A DNA stretch of 64,000 bases from an uncultured cyanobacterium (GTDB lineage Bacteria; Cyanobacteriota; Cyanobacteriia; PCC-9006; JAAUQQ01). Shown here piece by piece: positions 19,528 to 28,446 of this stretch. The notes beneath the pieces were generated by a model. That model was not told where the DNA came from and did no database searches. It was given only the letters and a program-made list of their open reading frames with translations. The position numbers and the translations under genes were made by a program. How positions within the stretch are numbered: the stretch's first letter is position 1; the number at the start of each line of letters is the position of its first letter. The DNA lies in contig OY970368.1 of NCBI GenBank assembly GCA_963718615.1, positions 4,384,001-4,448,000 on the forward strand. Direction: 5' to 3'.

Positions 19528-19740
19528 ATGAGATACTCAGACAAGAGCGCCAACGCCAATACTGTTGCAGACATACAAGAATTGATAGCGAACGAGAACT
19601 CCTTTGCTCAAGCCAACAAAAGGAACAGTTGTGAATCTTACAACCATGATAAAGTCCTAGAGTTCTTGAGCTCAGACTCAGAGCGATTCAGCAAGATCGT
19701 TGAAAGGCTTTTCACACCTAAGAAGTCTTCTGTTCCTTAG
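19528..19740 (+). CDS. Small hypothetical protein (70 aa)
   Basis: AGGA-containing RBS before the ATG; lies in the AT-rich island. Confidence 0.55.
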   Translation: MRYSDKSANANTVADIQELIANENSFAQANKRNSCESYNHDKVLEFLSSDSERFSKIVERLFTPKKSSVP

Positions 19741-19910
19741 GCCAGTCTCCGGAATTTTTCCTTCCCACACACTTCCTGACGACCAAAGTAACTATTGATG
19801 CGCACCTGTACTATACTCTAGAGATGAGAATACCTGAGTCACCAGAGATAGAAGTGGTCTATCTCTGTTCAGGTTCTTTCGTCGCTCATTTCTGAAAGTC
19901 GGGTGCTCGA

Positions 19911-20477
19911 ATGATTGGAGTTTTTTATACAAATCAGTATGAAAATCGCAGAAACAGAGATAAAATGAGGCAGAGGGTCGATGAACTCAAACAGGCCGCT
20001 GTCCGATTAGAGGGATGGGCTAAAAATTATATTTATGACGGAATCGAACTAGTCCTCTGTCTCGAGAGACTTGACACTCTCGTAACAAGCTATTTTTATG
20101 ATATTACTAGATATAAGCATTTCCATGGAATGCTTGATGATGGGAGTGAGGCTAACGTAAACTTTCAGAAAGTGTACTCTTACACCGCTAAATGGATCAT
20201 TCGCGAGAAACCTATCTATGTTCTTATTGATGATTTAAGAGCTTTGCAGGAGCATTCTCCAGAAAAAGCTCAACAATATATTGAATTTGCAACTACTGTT
20301 AATGAAGCTTGGCTCATTGCTTGGATTGAGTCAAGCTATTTTTGTCAATCAGGAAAAGATCTTTGTCTAGCGGAAAATAATAATGATAGAGATGGATTAT
20401 TGTATTCGTTGAAGTATAGAGATTTTTCTGTTGCTTGGTTCGAAGAATGGTTAAATGAGAAAATTCTTCACGCCTAG
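19911..20477 (+). CDS. Hypothetical protein (188 aa)
   Basis: Long AT-rich ORF with motif-like segments YFYDITRYKHFH, KVYSYTAKWIIREKPI and LLYSLKYR. Confidence 0.7.
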   Translation: MIGVFYTNQYENRRNRDKMRQRVDELKQAAVRLEGWAKNYIYDGIELVLCLERLDTLVTSYFYDITRYKHFHGMLDDGSEANVNFQKVYSYTAKWIIREKPIYVLIDDLRALQEHSPEKAQQYIEFATTVNEAWLIAWIESSYFCQSGKDLCLAENNNDRDGLLYSLKYRDFSVAWFEEWLNEKILHA

Positions 20478-20598
20478 TGTTTAATCGGTCGCTTGCGCCA
20501 AGCAGTAATTCTGACAAATTCATTAAAGGGATTTCAGGCCTCAAAGTAGTATGCGAGTAAGAGATCTCATCTGTTAGCAAATTTATTCAATCTCTTGG

Positions 20599-21048
20599 TT
20601 GCTGAAAGACTATACAACTTTATACGAGATTTGGTGTGTGAAATATTCAAGTAATTACAGCAGATTTATTGATGAAATAGTGCAAGAGTACCCTTCTATA
20701 CCAAAGAAGGATATTCCTGAACTGAAAGAAAAGTTAGTTAGTGCACACAATGAAGATCTTAAAGTACAGGACGAACGCCTCCAACGTCAATTTGACTTGC
20801 AGACTAAGAAATGGCTGTCTATTGTTATCGTCACTTTGTTTGGTGCATCTTACATGATCCTTATAATGACTCTTGGGTTCGTCTTTTTTTACGAGATATT
20901 CCTCATCCAATCTCACAACCTTAAGGCATCCGACAGGTCTATCAACTCCAAAGTTATAATGGTTTTGGTAGGTGGAACTATTACGCAGACAGCTATTGCA
21001 TTCATAGCTTTATCTAAGCATTTTTTTGGTTCGAGCGCAGACAAATAG
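20599..21048 (+). CDS. Hypothetical two-TM membrane protein (start uncertain)
   Basis: Charged helix followed by two hydrophobic segments (WLSIVIVTLF... and VIMVLVGGTITQTAIAFIAL). Confidence 0.55.
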   Translation: MLKDYTTLYEIWCVKYSSNYSRFIDEIVQEYPSIPKKDIPELKEKLVSAHNEDLKVQDERLQRQFDLQTKKWLSIVIVTLFGASYMILIMTLGFVFFYEIFLIQSHNLKASDRSINSKVIMVLVGGTITQTAIAFIALSKHFFGSSADK

Positions 21049-21056
21049 GTTAGACA

Positions 21057-21245
21057 GGGTGAACGAAAAAAAGCGCGCTTAAGAATTAGGAGGTTTTTTT
21101 TGCCAAAAATCGTGCCATCTTGAAGAAGCACTGAGATAAGCGGCCCTGAGACTCATAACGGCCTGAGCACCGTTGTTGGACCAAAACATGCCGGACTGTT
21201 TGAGACGAACGGTGACAATGCGGCGATTGGAACTCTCAACGGTAG
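21057..21245 (-). mobile_element. ISLre2/ISKra4-type (UPF0236) transposase 3' remnant with probable terminal repeat
   Basis: Minus strand reads VESSNRRIVTVRLKQSGMFWSNNGAQAVMSLRAAYLS..RWHDFW*, then TTTTTTTCGTTCACCC. Confidence 0.65.
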
Positions 21246-21270
21246 TCCCCTTAACTGGGTGATAAGGCAG

Positions 21271-21575
21271 CTATTGCCATTGAAGAAAGATAAAGCAAAC
21301 TAGACGTAGCTTGTAGTGCCAATAGACGGTTGAGTAGGGCGGAAAGTCTTTGGGCAAATCTCCCCAGTTACAGCCATTCTTGAGTTGATAGAGGATGCCA
21401 TCGAGCAGCTCTCGCTTGCTCCATTTACACGGACGAGTCTGTTGTTTCACTGGCAGAACCTCCTCCAGCAGAGGCTCTAGAATCTCCCACTCTTTATCGC
21501 TTAGACTGCTCGAATAGCCCATGGTGACTTCTTTGTAGACTTTCTCTCAGCTTAAGCCAGATCTCAAATGGGTTC
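21271..21575 (-). mobile_element. IS5-family transposase 5' remnant (DUF4096) with left inverted repeat
   Basis: YSSSLSDKEWEILEPLL...ILYQLKNGCNWGDLPKDFPPYSTVYWHY, then truncated; GAACCCATTTGAGATCT end at 21575-21559. Confidence 0.85.
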
Positions 21576-21706
21576 TATATCGAGAGATTCAACTGCACTC
21601 TGAGGCAGCGAGTATCACGATTGGTGCGAAAGGCACTGTCATTTTCGAAGACGTTAGAGAATCACAAAGCTGCAATTTGGAATTTTGTGCATCACTACAA
21701 TGAGCA

Positions 21707-22480
21707 GTGGCGAGCCAAACAAGCTCATCCCGCTTCTTTCTCTACAGCATCCACATAATAGGACTACCTAAATTTTTTATGGTGGGCGTTGCTCAACTTG
21801 CGGATCCTCAACGAGTGGCATGTGAGCTCAACGCACTTCGCTCCAGTCTCATGGCCCACCCACGCTACAGGGGCATTCCCTCAATGCAGCCCGAAGCCAA
21901 AAAGACGGCGATCGCCTTTCATGCCAAAGATGACCATTCGGAGATTCGAGAGCAAGTCTTTGAACTACTCCAGTCCTTTGACACCAAAGTTTTCGTTGCT
22001 ATTCGCAGCAAATCTGAAATTGCTAATGCCGCACAGGCAAATTTCAAGAGTTTGGGCAAGAAGCTACAGCAGAATGCAATCTATGACGATCTGATCAAGC
22101 GACTGTTTAAAAATCTGCTTCACAAAGCAGACATAGTCCAGATTGCGATTGCTAGACGAGGTAAAGAAGCTCGCGAAGACGCTTTAGAGGAGGCCATTAA
22201 CCAAGCTCAGAAAAATTTTGAGTCTCAGTGGAAAATCAGTTCAAAGAGTTCAGTCCTGATAGAACCCGCCTATCCCTCTGAAGTGGAAGGTCTACAGGTT
22301 GTTGACTACTATCTATGGGCGCTACAGCGACTCTACGAACGACAAGAAGCTAATTTTTTTCGGCCACTCGCCAAGAAATACAGGCTAGTTATGGACTTAG
22401 ATGACAGACGCAACAAACCCTATGGAGAGTGGTACAGTGATCGCAATCTTTTAACGCTTGAAAAGATTAAGAGGGGCTAG
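21707..22480 (+). CDS. DUF3800-domain protein, N-terminus apparently degraded
   Basis: FHAKDD and GLQVVDYYLWALQR motifs are present; the N-terminal DExG motif is not. Confidence 0.7.
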   Translation: MASQTSSSRFFLYSIHIIGLPKFFMVGVAQLADPQRVACELNALRSSLMAHPRYRGIPSMQPEAKKTAIAFHAKDDHSEIREQVFELLQSFDTKVFVAIRSKSEIANAAQANFKSLGKKLQQNAIYDDLIKRLFKNLLHKADIVQIAIARRGKEAREDALEEAINQAQKNFESQWKISSKSSVLIEPAYPSEVEGLQVVDYYLWALQRLYERQEANFFRPLAKKYRLVMDLDDRRNKPYGEWYSDRNLLTLEKIKRG

Positions 22481-22536
22481 GTTTAAGTAGGGCTACTACT
22501 TAGACACACGGCATGAAGCCGACGTTCGCCCCTACC
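22472..22536 (+). ncRNA. Candidate DUF3800-associated structured RNA (tRNA-like junction)
   Basis: AGGGGC/GCCCCT closing stem, 10-bp hairpin GTTTAAGTAG/CTACTTAGAC, small hairpin CGGC-ATGAA-GCCG. Confidence 0.6.
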
Positions 22537-22633
22537 CTAATAATTATACCCTAGGCCAAACAAGTTCCTCAAGGTCTTTCATCCTTGCATTTTCGTATTT
22601 GCTGCTTAAAGAAATGTTAATAGACGAATAGAC

Positions 22634-22965
22634 CTATTTGTCATCCCAAGAAATAGGATCCTCCACCGGTTCTAAATGGGTCGTCACATCCGTTCCCGGT
22701 AAGGTCGAGGCGATCGCCTGTTCAATTGCCTCACAAACCTCATGGCCCCGTTGAACAGTCCAAGCCCCAGGCACCAACACATGGAACGAGACAAATCGAC
22801 GGGCACCGGCCACGCGGCTACGCTGGGCATGGAACCGAATGCCTTGGGCTTCGTATTCGCGGAGGATGAGGGCGATCGCCTGTTGCTCATCCTCTGGAAT
22901 GGCTGCATCCAAAAGGCCCGAGCCTGTTTCTTGTAGCAGCCGGAATCCCGTCCAGACAATGAACT
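22634..22965 (-). pseudogene. Cation diffusion facilitator, C-terminal fragment
   Basis: WTGFRLLQETGSGLLDAA...FVSFHVLVPG..TVQRGH...THLEP dimerisation domain; the TM domain is missing. Confidence 0.8.
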
Positions 22966-23145
22966 CATAGTTGTGAGGGCCTATTGGAATGACCTAGTGA
23001 TGAGGGCCAAAATGACGTTTGCTCCCATACTCACTGTAATCGCAGGTTGGTAAAGAATTGGGAAAGACTTGACGCCCTCCTCCAGCCATTTTGGGGTCCC
23101 TGGCGTGGGATACTTTTTGTAAAGCGATCGCAACAAACCCTAACC

Positions 23146-23694
23146 ATGCTGAAGAAAATAGCTGCCCTCCTTTCCTGTCTGCTACTCAGTTTGGGACTCT
23201 CCGGCTGTGTTTCCGCCGGTTCTGGTCTTCAGAGCTACATCGACGCCTTCGATGGCTATGGATTCCTGTATCCCGTCGGTTGGGTGCAGGTGCAGTTGAC
23301 CCAGGAGGGTGGGCCGGACGTGGTGTTTCACGACATCATTAACCCCTCCGAAAATGTCAGCGTCGTGATCAACGCCGTTCCCGAGGGCAAAAGCCTCGAA
23401 GAGCTGGGTTCACCAACGGAAGTGGGCTACAACCTCCAGAAAAACGCCCTGGCTCCGGAAGGATCGGGCCGTACCGCTGAGTTGGTCGATGCCAACGAAC
23501 GCACCAGCGGCAATACAAAATTTTATTTACTGGAATACAAAGTCCATCTGCCCAATCAAGAGCGTCATGACATCGCCAGCGTTGTGGTGCATCGCGGTCA
23601 GCTTTATACGATCAATGCGTCAACGACTGAACAGCGCTGGAATCGGATGAAAAATATTCTGAACGAGGTGGTGACCTCCTTCTCTGTGACCTAG
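23146..23694 (+). CDS. psbP: Photosystem II PsbP-like lipoprotein (CyanoP)
   Basis: Lipobox LSGC, GYGFLYPVGW, ENVSVVI, LGSPTEVG. Confidence 0.9.
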   Translation: MLKKIAALLSCLLLSLGLSGCVSAGSGLQSYIDAFDGYGFLYPVGWVQVQLTQEGGPDVVFHDIINPSENVSVVINAVPEGKSLEELGSPTEVGYNLQKNALAPEGSGRTAELVDANERTSGNTKFYLLEYKVHLPNQERHDIASVVVHRGQLYTINASTTEQRWNRMKNILNEVVTSFSVT

Positions 23695-23730
23695 CCCGGT
23701 GACCTAGCCCGGTAACCTAGCCCGTAAATC

Positions 23731-24330
23731 ATGACCTTTCCCCAAATTGTTCTCGCGTCGGCCTCTACCGCGCGGCGTCAACTTTTGCACAATGTTGGCA
23801 TCGACCCCCTGATTCAGCCCAGTCAATTTGATGAAGCTTCAGTTCAAACCACGGACCCGGCGCAACTCGTGGAGGCCTTGGCGATCGCCAAGGCCAGTCT
23901 GATTGCAGCCAATATGACCCTCAGCACTGAGCCCACCGTGGTTTTGGGCTGTGATTCGGTCCTGGTCCTGGCGGGGGAAATCCATGGGAAACCGGCGGAT
24001 GCAGAAGCGGCGATCGCCCGTTGGCAACAGATGCGAGGACAGGTGGGGACGCTGATTACAGGCCATGCGCTGATTGATCTGAATCGCGATCGCAGGCTGG
24101 TTCGGAGCCAATCCACCCAAGTCTATTTTGCCGAGGCGACCGATGCGGAAATTCGCGCCTATGTGGCCACCGGAGAACCCTTGCACTGTGCGGGTTGCTT
24201 TACCTTGGAAGGCCGTGGGGGCGTTTTTATTGAAAGGATTGAGGGCTGCTACAGCAACGTGATTGGCTTGAGTCTGCCGCTGCTGCGTCACATGCTGGCT
24301 GAACTGGGGTATGACTGGGCTGAGCGCTAG
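23731..24330 (+). CDS. maf: Maf-family nucleoside triphosphate pyrophosphatase
   Basis: [33 protein letters not shown]. Confidence 0.92.
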   Translation: MTFPQIVLASASTARRQLLHNVGIDPLIQPSQFDEASVQTTDPAQLVEALAIAKASLIAANMTLSTEPTVVLGCDSVLVLAGEIHGKPADAEAAIARWQQMRGQVGTLITGHALIDLNRDRRLVRSQSTQVYFAEATDAEIRAYVATGEPLHCAGCFTLEGRGGVFIERIEGCYSNVIGLSLPLLRHMLAELGYDWAER

Positions 24331-24749
24331 CGCGGCTCCGAGGAGTTGAGCAGATACCTCAAAATACGGCAGCGGCAAGTGGGAGACATAGGGCATTTAT
24401 CAAGGAATCACAAATCTATCAGCCAACTTTATGTTGATTTCTTAAACTCCTAAAATAAGCAGCAGAGACATAGCCAAAAATGGCTAGAATAAGAATCTAG
24501 CTTTGGTGGACAAAAAGCGTCTCGCGATTAATCTTAAGGAAAAGTATTTAAAAGCTTTTCTAGGCGTGATAAACCACGTGAAAACCCATTGAGATCGTGA
24601 CAAAAAACCTGATGTAATTTTAGCATGAGCAGCGTTTTGCAACCCACTTAAAGCGATTAAAAGTGATTTAATTGTAGTCTTCTCCTTGTTGATTTGAGCT
24701 TTATCTTGAGTATTTACAAGTTCTCAAGTGACTTCAGATTGGAGTAAAT

Positions 24750-26051
24750 ATGTCTACGAATTTAAGTTCCATTAACTTCAGTTTTCGTGCCGAAATCGTC
24801 GAAGACTTGAATCAGGGTTTAATCAACGATTCTACGGTTAATACTTTGGGCGGGAACGATGTGCTGAAGGGCAAAGTCTCTTCTGCCCTGCCTGGTTCTG
24901 TGGCCTACGGAATTCGCAACACCGCAACGGGTCGGTTAACGACGACTTGGGGAAATGATTTACTCGTTGGTGAAGCCGTCTTTGGTCTGGGACTGAGTGT
25001 GATTGGCATTGAGAATGCAGGCATCATTGAGACTGGAGTCGGCAACGATATTCTTATTGCAAATGGCTCCAATAATAGTGGACTAGTGAACCTAACTGGA
25101 GCATTGATTGACCTGAGTCATGGCGATGATTCTATCACCGCTAGTGGCAGCACTGCTCTCCTCAACAATCCAGGGGCAAAGATTCTTGCAGGCACAGGCA
25201 ATGACTCTATTACTGCTAATGGCATCTTTGGATTGGAAAACAGTGGCTTGATCGACATGGATCACGGTGATGACGCAATTTACGCGAGCGGGGGACCCGG
25301 CACTGGCTTGAGCAATCAGGCTGGAACAATCTTGATGGGAACAGGCAATGATTTGATTCGGGTATATGGTCAATTTAATGCAATTAGCAACTTCGAAAAG
25401 GCATTGATTGATGCAGGTTTTGGCAACGATCGTATCGAGGGACATGGTGGTATTACGGGGGTAAGTAATGCCCAAAACGGTACCCTGCTAACTGGCGGAG
25501 GAGAAGATGTCATCTGGGCTTCCGGTGGTTTGAGCGGCGTCAATAATGAGGGCCTCATTGATATGGGGTATGAGAATGATTCTCTCACTGGATTTAGTGT
25601 GGTGAATCCTTTCATTTCCAGCAACAATATTGGGAGTGGTATCTACAATAGCGGCCACATTGACATGGGTGGCGGCGATGATTGGGTTCGAGGCATCGGC
25701 GGTTCGATCACGGATGGCATTACCGGAGGGGGAACGGTGGACTTGGGCAGCGGCAACGATCGCTTCTCTGCCTTTGGGAATCAAACCGTAGAGGGAGGAT
25801 TCGGGTTTGATATGTTATTGCTAGATGGCTCATTTGATGCCGAGTTGGACCGTAACTTGCCTAGTGTTTCCCTCGGTGGTTCTGCCAGCATTCGGCTGGG
25901 TAGCTTGCCCAATAGCTTTGTCTTTTCATCCATTCATCCGCTCTCTGGACTGCTTACCGAGATGACGGTGATTAACTTTGAGGAATTTCGGCTGAGTGGC
26001 GCAACGTTCTCCGCTCAAGCGCTGAAAACAAGCTTGGAGGCGGTGGCCTAA
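24750..26051 (+). CDS. Secreted calcium-binding RTX-like repeat protein
   Basis: Repeated xGxGND.I nonapeptides alternating with GLxN.G.I motifs; no Sec signal peptide. Confidence 0.75.
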   Translation: MSTNLSSINFSFRAEIVEDLNQGLINDSTVNTLGGNDVLKGKVSSALPGSVAYGIRNTATGRLTTTWGNDLLVGEAVFGLGLSVIGIENAGIIETGVGNDILIANGSNNSGLVNLTGALIDLSHGDDSITASGSTALLNNPGAKILAGTGNDSITANGIFGLENSGLIDMDHGDDAIYASGGPGTGLSNQAGTILMGTGNDLIRVYGQFNAISNFEKALIDAGFGNDRIEGHGGITGVSNAQNGTLLTGGGEDVIWASGGLSGVNNEGLIDMGYENDSLTGFSVVNPFISSNNIGSGIYNSGHIDMGGGDDWVRGIGGSITDGITGGGTVDLGSGNDRFSAFGNQTVEGGFGFDMLLLDGSFDAELDRNLPSVSLGGSASIRLGSLPNSFVFSSIHPLSGLLTEMTVINFEEFRLSGATFSAQALKTSLEAVA

Positions 26052-26305
26052 TTTGCGGTGGCCTAATTTGCGGTGGCCTAATTTACGATTTACGGTGGTC
26101 GTAACTGAGGCACAGTCTTGTTCCCCAGAGTGCTGGGCGATCGCCCCCCAAACCTACTGGATTTCCCTGAAAAGTTTGACGTTCGGCGACGGAGAAGCTA
26201 GTCAATCCTGCGGTGGGGTTTGCCCAGGACAAACAGTCATAATCGCATTAGAGTCAGGGCTGCCTACCCCTTTTTCGCCCATGCTATCTCAGATGCACCC
26301 TAGCG

Positions 26306-27271
26306 ATGTCAGATTTATCCATCTCAGCCATTATTTGTACCCATAATCGCGATCGCTACCTTGGTGCAGCGATCGATAGCCTTTTGGCCCAGGATTGGCC
26401 TGACTTCGAGGTCATCGTCGTGGACAATGCCTCCACCGATAGCACCCGTACCCTGGTGGAAGCTCGTTTGACTGACCCTCGCCTCAAATATATCTACGAA
26501 TCCACATTGGGTCTCTCAACCGCGCGCAATCGCGGTTTCCTGGAATCCAGCGGTGACATCATTGCCTATCTGGATGACGATGCCGTTGCTGAACCCTACT
26601 GGTTGCGGCAATTGATCATGGCCTACCAAACCCAGGAGCGGTTGGCGATCGCGGGGGGTCGAGTCACCCTGCTGTGGCCCGAGGCGCAACCCCAGCCCCG
26701 CTGGATCTCAGAAGCAATGCTGTCCTGCTTGGGGGCCTACGATCTAGGTCCAGAGGTCATCAATATTGAACAGCCCAGTCTGACGCCACGGGGATTGAAC
26801 TATTCCCTACGGCGATCTTTTCTCGAAGCGGTGGGGGGATTTGATGCGCAGTTTGGGCGGGTCGGCAACAATCTGCTCTCCAACGAAGAATTGGTGATGA
26901 CCGAGCTGGCCTTAGCCAAAGGCTGGCAGGTGCAATATCTACCCGCAGCCCTGGTGGCCCACAATGTTGCCCTAGAGCGGATTCAGCGCCACTGGTTTTT
27001 GCGCCGCAGTTGGTGGCAGGGCGTGAGCGAATGCTATCGCGATCAATTGGCAGGCCGATCGCTCCGGACTCAGGTGGGAGCCGCTGGAGAACGTTTAGTA
27101 CGGGGGCTGTATAAGGCGGTGAAGTCGATCGCCCAGCCCGCCGTCTGTTTCGACAATCTGACCTATGCCTATGGGCAAATTGGCTATATGAGCACTGCAG
27201 TCAATGCTTTTATAAAGACTGTTATGAAGGCTGTGTTCAAGCGATCCACTGAATCCGGGGAGATGGCCTAG
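26306..27271 (+). CDS. Glycosyltransferase family 2
   Basis: ISAIICTHNR, VVDNASTD, ARNRG, YLDDD. Confidence 0.92.
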   Translation: MSDLSISAIICTHNRDRYLGAAIDSLLAQDWPDFEVIVVDNASTDSTRTLVEARLTDPRLKYIYESTLGLSTARNRGFLESSGDIIAYLDDDAVAEPYWLRQLIMAYQTQERLAIAGGRVTLLWPEAQPQPRWISEAMLSCLGAYDLGPEVINIEQPSLTPRGLNYSLRRSFLEAVGGFDAQFGRVGNNLLSNEELVMTELALAKGWQVQYLPAALVAHNVALERIQRHWFLRRSWWQGVSECYRDQLAGRSLRTQVGAAGERLVRGLYKAVKSIAQPAVCFDNLTYAYGQIGYMSTAVNAFIKTVMKAVFKRSTESGEMA

Positions 27272-27312
27272 CGGCCTCGCCCCATTCTGCCAGCGTTGGC
27301 TGGCTGACCCCC

Positions 27313-28446
27313 ATGGACCCAACACCGCGTACGACGACCCCTATGGCACTTGAAACTGCTTCCCCCCGCGAATCCATCGCTGATGCGGCCATACCGCCGT
27401 TGGTTTCGGTGATCATTCCGATTTACAACGGTGAACGGGATATTCCACCCTTGATGGATTGTTTGCAAGCGCAAACCTACCCGCGCGATCGCGTCGAATA
27501 TTTACTCGTCGATAACCACAGCACCGACCACACCGCAAAACGCCTCAAGGCGGCGATGGCGATCGCCAATGGCACCGGTTTCCAGTTTCGCTATCTCAGC
27601 GAAGTGGACATTCAAAGCTCCTACGCGGCCCGAAATCGGGGGGTCTATGAAGCCCAGGGGGAAGTCCTGGCGTTTACCGATGCGGACTGTCGGCCCCAGC
27701 CCCAGTGGCTGGCGGATTTGGTGGAACCCTTTGGGGAACCGGAGGTGGGCTGGGTTGTGGGGGATATTATTGGTGCGCCGGGAAAAACCCTGCTAGAGCG
27801 ATTTGCCATCCACACCGAAACCCTGGCCCAGAAACATACTCTTAGCCACAGCTTTGCGCCCTATGGTCAAACGGCCAACCTGGCGGTGCGTCGCCCTGTC
27901 TTTGACGAGGTTGGTTTGTTTCGCTCCTATTTGACCACCGGGGGCGATGCGGATTTTTGCTGGCGGATTTATCGGGGGACGAATTGGCAGTTGCGATCGG
28001 CTCCGACGGCGATCGTCGAGCATTGTCACCGCAGTACCTGGCGGGAATTGGCCAGTCAGTGGCGACGCTATGGTCGGTCCAACTGGTATTTGCACAAGCT
28101 CCATGGGGTGCCGCCGATGGAGCCGGTGGAACTTGCCCAGGTGATGGAAGGACTGTTCCAGTGGCTGCCCAAAGATTTGCCTCGAACGCTGCGCAAGGTC
28201 TCTCAAGGGGAAGAACCGGCGATCGCCCTCATCGTCTACCCCACAAGCCTGTTTTGCCGTTGGTGCCGCTACCAGGGCCAAAAGCATGCCCAGTTCGATG
28301 AGCGAGCCGCCTTAATTCCTCGGCTAGGTCCCCAAGGCATCATCCTAGAGGAATTGGCCCCGACCAGTGCGACGGCGACTCGCCAAACCATCACGGCTAA
28401 AGGTCAATCCGCTAAAGGTCAATCCGCTGAACGGGTGCCCCATTAA
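27313..28446 (+). CDS. Glycosyltransferase family 2
   Basis: VSVIIPIYN, VDNHSTD, ARNRG, FTDADC, GGDADFCWR. Confidence 0.92.
   Translation: MDPTPRTTTPMALETASPRESIADAAIPPLVSVIIPIYNGERDIPPLMDCLQAQTYPRDRVEYLLVDNHSTDHTAKRLKAAMAIANGTGFQFRYLSEVDIQSSYAARNRGVYEAQGEVLAFTDADCRPQPQWLADLVEPFGEPEVGWVVGDIIGAPGKTLLERFAIHTETLAQKHTLSHSFAPYGQTANLAVRRPVFDEVGLFRSYLTTGGDADFCWRIYRGTNWQLRSAPTAIVEHCHRSTWRELASQWRRYGRSNWYLHKLHGVPPMEPVELAQVMEGLFQWLPKDLPRTLRKVSQGEEPAIALIVYPTSLFCRWCRYQGQKHAQFDERAALIPRLGPQGIILEELAPTSATATRQTITAKGQSAKGQSAERVPH

Noticed and set aside
22472-22536. True tRNA gene
   Set aside because: About 65 nt, with no D-arm/anticodon arrangement and no canonical T-loop; kept as a structured RNA candidate instead.
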